Source: a virus (Duplodnaviria > Heunggongvirae > Uroviricota > Caudoviricetes). Taken from it: a stretch of 43,340 nucleotides of DNA. Made by a program: the position numbers and the translations under genes. Below the pieces are notes generated by a model that was not told the DNA's origin, ran no database searches, and worked only from the letters and a program-made list of their open reading frames with translations. Location: the IMG/VR virus record IMGVR_UViG_3300034095_001584. One strand, written 5' to 3'. Below, piece by piece: positions 9,587 to 16,571 of the stretch. The first letter of the stretch is position 1, and each line of letters begins with the position of its first letter.

Positions 9587-10525
9587 ATGAATATTTTAAT
9601 CTTAACTGCCTTCACAAAAAACGTAGTTTGGAACAATTATGGCAATTGTGATTTTGGAAAATTTACATCTGAAATCAATTTGAAATACGCAAATAAAAAT
9701 AATTATAGTTTTGTATGTGAAATTTTACAAGAACCATTAGTTGATAGACAGAATTCGTGGATCAAAATACCGTTAATCCAAAAATATTTGTCTCAATATG
9801 ATTATGTTGTTTGGATAGATGCTGATGCTATTTTTTTAAAAAATATTAAAATTGAAGAATTTATAGAAGATGGAATTGATTTAATACTTTCAAAAAATGC
9901 GTTATCTGAAAATAAAATCATGTATACAATTACAAGTACAGGATTTATGGTATGGAAAAATTCTAAGTGGTCAATTGATACGTTGAATCAACTGTGGGAA
10001 AATTATAACTTATATGCATATAGTCATTTTCATGAACAAACCGCATTAGATCAACTACTGTTGCCTAAACTAACAAGTCAAAATTTAATTAACAAAGAAC
10101 TGTCTGATCTAGAAAACAGTTTAATTCAAGAAAACGTTAAAATCATACCATATAGTTATCATAATCTTTCATATGATACACTATTCATATACCATGCTGG
10201 TGGAGATACACCAACAAAATTTAAAAGATTAGTTGATGTATATGAAAAATATAACAATAATAAATTAAAAATATTATTCCAATACGGATCGTTTTTATGT
10301 ATGTGGCTTTATAATACCGGCGAATACTCTGTAGAAATATTAGGAGTTAAGGAAAACGAAGAGTTTCTGTTACAGAAATATGATTCTATATACTTTTTAA
10401 ATGATAGGCCAGATCGAAGTATTTATTTTGTAGTAAACAATTTATGTAATTATGCATATTATAAAGTAAAAGTATATAACAATAAAGAAAATTTTTCATG
10501 TTATAAAAAATTTAAATTTGCTTAA
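9587..10525 (+). CDS. GT34/MNN10-like (galactosyl/mannosyltransferase-type) glycosyltransferase
   Basis: KYANKNNY, SWIKIPLI, VVWIDADAIF, TGFMVWKN, HEQTAL and FIYHAGG motifs. Confidence 0.8.
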   Translation: MNILILTAFTKNVVWNNYGNCDFGKFTSEINLKYANKNNYSFVCEILQEPLVDRQNSWIKIPLIQKYLSQYDYVVWIDADAIFLKNIKIEEFIEDGIDLILSKNALSENKIMYTITSTGFMVWKNSKWSIDTLNQLWENYNLYAYSHFHEQTALDQLLLPKLTSQNLINKELSDLENSLIQENVKIIPYSYHNLSYDTLFIYHAGGDTPTKFKRLVDVYEKYNNNKLKILFQYGSFLCMWLYNTGEYSVEILGVKENEEFLLQKYDSIYFLNDRPDRSIYFVVNNLCNYAYYKVKVYNNKENFSCYKKFKFA

Positions 10526-10537
10526 TATATATACCAT

Positions 10538-10816
10538 ATGTCAGAACCTATTAAATTCACACAACAAGAGTTGGATTCACTAAAGAAAATTCAACTCAGT
10601 TTTCAAGAAAATATCATGTCATTCGGTCAATTGTATTTAGACAAAATGACACTAGACGCAAAAATTAAAGAACTATCTCAAGTTGAATCTAACCTTAGAA
10701 CCAACTACGAAAAGATTCAAAAAGATGAAGATGAGTGGTTAAACTCCATCACAACCAAATATGGTGAAGGTTCACTAAATCTAAAAGATGGTACTTTTAT
10801 ACCAAATCCTAAATAA
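10538..10816 (+). CDS. Small coiled-coil phage protein, function unknown
   Basis: 92-aa helical protein ending KYGEGSLNLKDGTFIP; ATATATAT 5 nt upstream of the ATG. Confidence 0.75.
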   Translation: MSEPIKFTQQELDSLKKIQLSFQENIMSFGQLYLDKMTLDAKIKELSQVESNLRTNYEKIQKDEDEWLNSITTKYGEGSLNLKDGTFIPNPK

Positions 10817-10835
10817 ACTTTTACAATTATCAGGT

Positions 10836-10933
10836 GCGCTGCGCTTTTTATATTGCGGTTGCTTTATTATTATAATAAATGCTTAATGCTTTTTTATATA
10901 TAAATGTTGCGCTTTTAATATATGCTTTTTATA
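10836..10933. repeat. Intergenic cluster of about six degenerate (T)GC(GC)TTT(TT)A motifs with AT palindromes
   Basis: Copies near 10841, 10861, 10881, 10888, 10909 and 10924; inverted repeat TTTATTA-tta-TAATAAA (10863-10879) and palindrome TTTATATATAAA (10893-10904). Confidence 0.55.
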
Positions 10934-10945
10934 CATTTAAGTCAA
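10917..10945 (-). promoter_or_regulatory. Sigma70-like promoter facing left, with no ORF downstream
   Basis: Minus strand TTGACT (10945-10940), N17, TATATT (10922-10917). Confidence 0.5.
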
Positions 10946-10962
10946 CTTATTTTAACCTCCTG

Positions 10963-10970
10963 ATATTTAT
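10963..10970 (+). promoter_or_regulatory. Candidate phage late promoter ATATTTAT
   Basis: 6 nt upstream of the ATG at 10977; the identical octamer precedes six other genes. Confidence 0.55.
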
Positions 10971-10976
10971 TTTATT

Positions 10977-11612
10977 ATGATCAAACTTAAAGCGCTTCTA
11001 CCTGAAGTTTGGGATGCTAACCTCCTGGAGCAATCTGAACCATTTATTGTATTTTGTGACATGGATGGTGTGATGTGCAATTTTGATTTACAATTTGCTC
11101 AAATGATAGGATCATCACCTAAAGAGTTTGAATCGCAATATGGTACTCCAAAATTTTGGGATGCAATTGCTGATAAAGGTGAAGTATTTTGGTCAAGTAT
11201 GCAAAAAATGCCTGATTTTGATCAACTTAAAGATGGTATAGTTAAAATTGTTAATGATAACAATCTAGATCTACAAGTTTTAACAAGTACTAGCGGTAAC
11301 TGGATTCTTAAAAACCACCCAAGAGAAGAAGCCAAAGATATCATTAGAAATATAGAAAAAGGTAAATTACAGTGGTTAAGTAACCATTGGTCTGGCTTAA
11401 AAGTTAACTTCAGCGGTTCAGGTAGAGGAAAAGGTAAGTTTGCTAAACCAAATAGCTGCTTAATTGATGATTTGCCTAAAAATGTAGAATCATTTGAAAC
11501 TGCTGGTGGTAAAGGTATTATACATACAAATGCGTCAAGTACATTATCTGGTTTACAATTGTTAATAAATCAATTGCCAGAATCATTTGGTTATAGTTAT
11601 TCTAATATATGA
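10977..11612 (+). CDS. HAD-superfamily 5'(3')-deoxyribonucleotidase (NT5C-like)
   Basis: FCDMDGVMCNF (HAD motif I), VLTS (II), GKLQWL and CLIDDLPKNV (IV), then AGGKGIIH. Confidence 0.85.
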   Translation: MIKLKALLPEVWDANLLEQSEPFIVFCDMDGVMCNFDLQFAQMIGSSPKEFESQYGTPKFWDAIADKGEVFWSSMQKMPDFDQLKDGIVKIVNDNNLDLQVLTSTSGNWILKNHPREEAKDIIRNIEKGKLQWLSNHWSGLKVNFSGSGRGKGKFAKPNSCLIDDLPKNVESFETAGGKGIIHTNASSTLSGLQLLINQLPESFGYSYSNI

Positions 11613-12292
11613 AAGTAAGAATCTATAATAATACTCTAAATCCAGCTCTTTGGGATGGTTTAAAACTAAAACCAGATGTAGCTGAATCTTTAAAGTCTAT
11701 AGGACAATCCTTCTACAAGGATACAGAATTAACCGTTCCAGTTAAAGATATTATAATGGTTGGTAGCAGCGCAAATTATAACTGGTCAGATTTTAGTGAT
11801 ATTGACATTCATATAGTCATAGATTTCAAAGACGTATCTGAAGATGTAGAAATGGTTGAAAAGATGGTAAATGCCATTAAAGGTAAATGGAATGAAGACC
11901 ATGACATTCATGTTAAAGGATTTAACGTTGAAGTATACATTCAAGACATTTCTAAGAAAAATAGATCCACTGGAGTTTATTCATTGTTAAATAACAAATG
12001 GGTGACTGAACCAAAGAAGGAGAATTTTGAATTGGATAAAGAACAAATCCAACAAAAATACAGTGATATGGTGTTGAAAATTAAAAATGCACTAGAATCT
12101 GAAAGTTTGGTTAAGTTAAAGAAAGTTTTGAAAGATTTGTATGATATGAGAGAAGTTGGATTAAACAAGTCTGGAGAATTTAGTACAGAGAATATTGTTT
12201 TTAAAGTATTAAGATCCAGAGGTCACCTAGATAAACTCAGAAATGGTATCAATCAGATATTTGATAAAACGGTTAGTTTGAAAGAATCTTAA
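11609..12292 (+). CDS. Pol-beta superfamily nucleotidyltransferase
   Basis: hG[GS]x9-13DhD signature VGSSANYNWSDFSDIDIHI and third acidic residue in VEVYIQD; ATGA overlap with the HAD gene. Confidence 0.8.
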   Translation: MKVRIYNNTLNPALWDGLKLKPDVAESLKSIGQSFYKDTELTVPVKDIIMVGSSANYNWSDFSDIDIHIVIDFKDVSEDVEMVEKMVNAIKGKWNEDHDIHVKGFNVEVYIQDISKKNRSTGVYSLLNNKWVTEPKKENFELDKEQIQQKYSDMVLKIKNALESESLVKLKKVLKDLYDMREVGLNKSGEFSTENIVFKVLRSRGHLDKLRNGINQIFDKTVSLKES

Positions 12293-13781
12293 GGAAATAT
12301 TTGCCGTGGCCGCAATCCCAAATTCTATCATAACCATTATTTTTCATATTTTCCCATTCACTTAATGAATGGTTGTATATTTTTAATATTTTTTCTAATT
12401 TGTGTTTTTGAAAACTCATGCGGTGTCTGATATCTTTATAATTATTTATAAGATAATGATAATTAGGTGGTGTATGACTTACAAAATTGAATCCTAAAGT
12501 TTCATATATTTTGCCGGTAAAATATCTTCTGTCACTATAACTTACTATATTTTTTGGATTATAATGTTTGATAAAATGTTTTAATAATTTACTTGCACCA
12601 CCATTAACTGTAGTATTAATTGCATTACAAAATCTAACTAATTCCCAATCACTTGTTTTATCAAAACGGGAAGTTTTTCTAAATGTCATAATACTAACCA
12701 GATCATTTTTATTATACAATCCTAATTTAACTGTAGACTTATCTTCACCTTGTAAATGATTGTCATTTAAAAACTTATTTTTTTCAGTTTCATTTACTTC
12801 TTTAATAATGCAATCTCTAGCATTAATTTTAAATAGTGTATTGGTTTTCAACAGTGTTTTGACAATTGATTTTACAATTTCTGTTTTATTGATCCACTCA
12901 TTTTCGAAAATATGAATTAGTGATATACCATAAAAACTGCAAGATTTTGTTTTATTCAAATGATAGTTTTTATTGATACCACCACCGTTTTCACTGTGCC
13001 AGTATAATCCATCAATTTCAAACGCAATTTTTAATTCTGGAATATAAAAATCCAATTCTTTGCCATTTAATACTGTTCTATCATTTCTTTTAATAACAGC
13101 ATCTTTTGGTAAAATTTCTTGTAAAAAATTGTAAAAATGATTTTCAACAGTAGTGATTTTTTCTGGATGACAATAATCACAAAACAAGTTGTTTAAGTTA
13201 TAAACCGTAGATTCTAATGTTTTATTACATACGTCACATTTGAATTTATAAATGTTACTAAAGTGATAACCTTTGTAATCCACCTCATCACATAGAAATT
13301 GTAATTTGTTACTATTACAGTAATTTACTAGAAATTCATAGTGGTTTGATTTCTTACTAACTGATCTTTTATCTAAGACAGATTTTATCTTGGCTGCATT
13401 GTCCACTCCATATCTATCCATCATAGTAGATTTTATTTTTTCTACATTTATATAACTTTCAGATCCATATTTTAGTAGAAGAGTTTGTTTTACCTTCTCT
13501 TTATATTCAGGCAATTTACTGTAACTATCAACTCCATATTTTTTAACAATTGCAGATTTAAAATTAGATTTTACAACATCTGTAGTCATTGGGTGACCAC
13601 CGTATTTTTCATCAAAAGTTTTTTTCTGACCATCAATTATTTTTTGTTTTGTTGAATTATCACTATTACTACATTTCTTGCTACAAAAGATCTTTGGTTT
13701 GCTCACTCTACATTCAAACAAATTATTACAATGTTTACAGTTTAAAGATAACCAGTTTTTTGAATTTTTAGATCTAGCCAT
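12273..13781 (-). mobile_element. Free-standing homing-endonuclease-like gene (zinc fingers, KYG repeats, Vsr/PD-(D/E)XK-like nuclease, GNAT-like C-terminal domain)
   Basis: CKHC..FCSKKC; KYG/RYG repeats; CDVC..CDYC; ELDFYIPELKIAFEIDGLYWHS; WELVRFC..GGASKLL..SYSDRR..YETLGF. It is antisense to its neighbours and overlaps the NTase 3' end by 20 nt. Confidence 0.7.
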
Positions 13782-13856
13782 AATTGGAGTTTGGTTTGTA
13801 TAGAGTATAACTATTTAAAAATTAAAACACAATTTAAAAAAAAGTACTTTTAATTT

Positions 13857-13864
13857 ATATTTAT
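13857..13864 (+). promoter_or_regulatory. Candidate phage late promoter ATATTTAT for the tail tube gene
   Basis: 33 nt upstream of the ATG at 13898; an SD-like TAAGGA lies in the leader. Confidence 0.55.
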
Positions 13865-13897
13865 TATTACAACAACTAAATAAGGATTTAAAAATTT

Positions 13898-14389
13898 ATG
13901 GCAGATCTACTAAACAGTAATGAAATATTCTTTACACAATTTGAACCAAAAGTCAAAAATAGGTTTCTATTGTACTGTGATGGTATTCCAAGTTTCTTGA
14001 TTAGAAAAGTCAAGAGACCAACAGTAACCAGTGAAAAGAAGACATTGGATCACATCAACATCCAACGTTACTACAAAGGCAAAACCACATGGGATAACAT
14101 TACAATGGAACTATATGATCCAATTGTACCATCTGGTGCTCAAGCAGTAATGGAATGGGTACGTTTGAGTCATGAATCTGTAACCGGCCGTGATGGTTAT
14201 AGTGACTTTTATAAGAAAGATCTAACCGTCAACGTTCTAGGTCCAGTAGGTGATAAAGTAGAAGAATGGACATTAAAGGGCGCATTCATCACCAGTGCTG
14301 ATTTTGGTGAAATGGATTGGACTGATAGTGGTGATCCAGCAACCATTAGTTTGACTCTATCTGTAGATTACTGTATTCTACAATACTAA
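13898..14389 (+). CDS. Tail tube protein (T4 gp19-like)
   Basis: 163 aa; FEPKVKNRF, YYKGKTTWDNITMELYD, VMEWVRL, GRDGYSDFYKKD, GDKVEEWTLKGAFI and LTLSVDY follow the gp19-family pattern. Confidence 0.88.
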   Translation: MADLLNSNEIFFTQFEPKVKNRFLLYCDGIPSFLIRKVKRPTVTSEKKTLDHINIQRYYKGKTTWDNITMELYDPIVPSGAQAVMEWVRLSHESVTGRDGYSDFYKKDLTVNVLGPVGDKVEEWTLKGAFITSADFGEMDWTDSGDPATISLTLSVDYCILQY

Positions 14390-14414
14390 TAAAAACAAAA
14401 AACTTATCCTTTTT

Positions 14415-14444
14415 AAACTCCTTGACAAAACAAGGAGTTTTTTT
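14415..14444 (+). terminator. Rho-independent terminator after the tail tube gene
   Basis: AAACTCCTTG-acaaaa-CAAGGAGTTT followed by a T run. Confidence 0.85.
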
Positions 14445-14467
14445 ATGTACATTAACAATTAAGTACT

Positions 14468-14475
14468 ATATTTAT
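14468..14475 (+). promoter_or_regulatory. Candidate phage late promoter ATATTTAT
   Basis: Just after the terminator and 5 nt before the ATG at 14481. Confidence 0.6.
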
Positions 14476-14480
14476 ATAAC

Positions 14481-15425
14481 ATGAACTTGAAAAGCGTAAT
14501 TGGAATATATCCTGGTAGATTTCATCCACCACACAGAGGTCATTTAAATGCCTTTAATTTTTTAAAGTCAATAACTGGCAATGACACCTACGTTTCTACT
14601 AGTGGTAAAGTAGAACTACCAGACTCTCCACTTACATTTGGTGAAAAACAACAAATCTGGGTAAGACATGGTGTTGCACCTGATCACATCATACAAACAA
14701 AGAGCCCCTACAAATCAGTAGAAATTACACAGAAGTATGATCCAGACAAAACCAGTGTAATATTTGCATTGGGTCAAAAAGATGCAGAAAGATTAAAGGT
14801 AGATCAAGGTGGTTATTTCAAGTCATTTAAAGGAGACACAAACCAATTAGACCCTCTCAGTAAAAGTGGATATGTACTAATTATACCTGAAAATCAAACC
14901 ATGGTTGATGGTAGAATTTTAAGTGGAACTGCTGTAAGACAAATGTTAGGATCTGACAAATATACAGATGCACAAAAAGAACAGTTCTTTAGATACATCT
15001 TTGGATGGTATGATATTGCTTTATTTAAAGACTTGACTCAGAAGTTTAAGTACAATAAAGTAAATGAGAGTATTGAATCTAAGTTAAGAAGAATAATTTC
15101 TCTTTTAAAAGAAGACGCAATTAAAGATACTACAAAAAAAACAAAAGCAGCTTTTGTTAATCAAAGAAGAGCTGAATTAAGAGCAAAAGAAGAAAAGTTA
15201 AAAGCTGCAAAAGTTAGATTATCCAATTTATCTAAAACTCAAGTAACATCAACAGATGTAAAGAATGAAAAACCATCTGAAGTTAAAGAACAAACAGATG
15301 CGGCTGATTTATCAAAACAAAGAAAAGATGCTCAAGATTCAGTTAAAACTGCAGAGGAAGAAGTAAAACAAGCTAAAGTATACTTATCTGCAGCTCAAAA
15401 AGAATTATCTGCGGTATCAATTTAA
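14481..15425 (+). CDS. HIGH-class nucleotidyltransferase (NMNAT/cytidylyltransferase-like) with a C-terminal coiled coil
   Basis: PGRFHPPHRGH (HxGH), SPLTFGEK, GQKDAER and LSGTAVRQML; about 110 aa of K/A/E-rich helical tail. Confidence 0.8.
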   Translation: MNLKSVIGIYPGRFHPPHRGHLNAFNFLKSITGNDTYVSTSGKVELPDSPLTFGEKQQIWVRHGVAPDHIIQTKSPYKSVEITQKYDPDKTSVIFALGQKDAERLKVDQGGYFKSFKGDTNQLDPLSKSGYVLIIPENQTMVDGRILSGTAVRQMLGSDKYTDAQKEQFFRYIFGWYDIALFKDLTQKFKYNKVNESIESKLRRIISLLKEDAIKDTTKKTKAAFVNQRRAELRAKEEKLKAAKVRLSNLSKTQVTSTDVKNEKPSEVKEQTDAADLSKQRKDAQDSVKTAEEEVKQAKVYLSAAQKELSAVSI

Positions 15426-15483
15426 ATAAAATAAATCAAATATTTAGATTCTTTTATATATATGTGTACAAGTTATACATTTT

Positions 15484-16320
15484 ATGGAAGACAATTTTAC
15501 AGTACCAATTACAAGACCACAAGCTTTTCAAGCTCCACCACCACAAAAACAAGAAGTTACTTATCCAACAGAGGTAATTGAACTTCCTTCACAAGGTCAT
15601 TTTTATCCAACTGGACATCCATTGTCTAGTGGTAAACTTGAATTGAAAATGATGACCGCAAAGGAAGAAGATATCCTAATGAGTCAAAATTTGATCAAAA
15701 AAGGTATTGTATTAGACAAACTGCTTGAAAATTTGATTGTAGATAAAGATGTAAAATTAGATGATTTGTTGTTAGTAGATAAAAATGCTATACTTGTAGC
15801 AGCTAGAAGATTGGCATATGGTGACGGATATGGACCAGTAGAAGTAACTTGTCCAAAATGTAGAGAAAAGAATCAAGTTACATTCAATTTGGGTGAAATC
15901 AAGAATGAAGAGTTTGACTTTTCTAATTATACAAAAGGACAAAATTCATTTGAATTTGTTCTTCCTTATTCAAAAAAGACAATACATTACAGAATTTTGA
16001 CTCATAAAGATGAACAACAAATAGAAAATGAGTTAAAGGCTAATAACAAGATTCTTAAGGGTGCAGGATCTAATGAAGTTACTGCAAGATTAAGATCAAT
16101 GATTATTAGTGTGGACGGTAACAGTGATAGAAATTATATTAAAAAGTTTGTGGAGACAGAAATGGTTTCTAGAGATGCGTTGGCATTAAGACAATACATA
16201 AAAAAGAACACTCCTGATGTAGATTTGAACTTTGATTTTACATGCACAGATTGTTCACATGAAGAAAGGCTAGGTGTACCTTTAACGGTAACCTTTTTTT
16301 GGCCTGACACCGGCAGATAA
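15484..16320 (+). CDS. T4 gp26-like baseplate hub assembly / tail assembly chaperone protein
   Basis: IELPSQG, MTAKEEDIL, DKNAILVAARRLAYG, CPKC..CTDC and C-terminal FFWP; lies between the tube and tape measure genes. Confidence 0.8.
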   Translation: MEDNFTVPITRPQAFQAPPPQKQEVTYPTEVIELPSQGHFYPTGHPLSSGKLELKMMTAKEEDILMSQNLIKKGIVLDKLLENLIVDKDVKLDDLLLVDKNAILVAARRLAYGDGYGPVEVTCPKCREKNQVTFNLGEIKNEEFDFSNYTKGQNSFEFVLPYSKKTIHYRILTHKDEQQIENELKANNKILKGAGSNEVTARLRSMIISVDGNSDRNYIKKFVETEMVSRDALALRQYIKKNTPDVDLNFDFTCTDCSHEERLGVPLTVTFFWPDTGR

Positions 16321-16528
16321 AGTTAGACTGCATGAACAAATATTTCTCCTTGCATATCATAGTCAAGGAGCATTTACGCAAGATATAGTATACAAATTAC
16401 CTGTATACTTGCGTATATTTTATACCAATCAGTTAATTTCTCAAAAAGAAAAAGAAGCTGAACAAGCAGAAAAATCATCAAAATCCTCTCCAAATTCATC
16501 CGTGAAGGTTCCGTCTATGCGTAAGTAA
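16301..16528 (+). CDS. Unannotated 75-codon ORF in the +1 frame; probable frameshift extension of the upstream chaperone
   Basis: GLTPADKVRLHEQIFLLAYHSQGAFTQDIVYKLPVYLRIFYTNQLISQKEKEAEQ...MRK*. The frame opens at 16292 after TAA, immediately before a T7 run (16294-16300), and has no usable ATG. Confidence 0.75.
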   Translation, partial: GLTPADKVRLHEQIFLLAYHSQGAFTQDIVYKLPVYLRIFYTNQLISQKEKEAEQAEKSSKSSPNSSVKVPSMRK

Positions 16529-16552
16529 AGTAATGAATTATTAAATTATTAT

Positions 16553-16560
16553 ATATTTAT
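16553..16560 (+). promoter_or_regulatory. Candidate phage late promoter ATATTTAT for the tape measure gene
   Basis: 11 nt upstream of the ATG at 16572. Confidence 0.55.
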
Positions 16561-16571
16561 ATTCATAGATT

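Noticed and set aside
14422-14453. TTGACA as a -35 element
   Set aside because: It lies within the terminator stem-loop and has no good -10 at 16-18 nt.
10977-15425. HAD plus HIGH nucleotidyltransferase as GmhB/HldC for ADP-heptose synthesis
   Set aside because: The HAD motifs are NT5C-type (DMDGV..LIDD) rather than GmhB-type (DRDG with Zn Cys), the HIGH enzyme fits NadM-like motifs better than HldC, and no GmhA or heptose kinase is seen.
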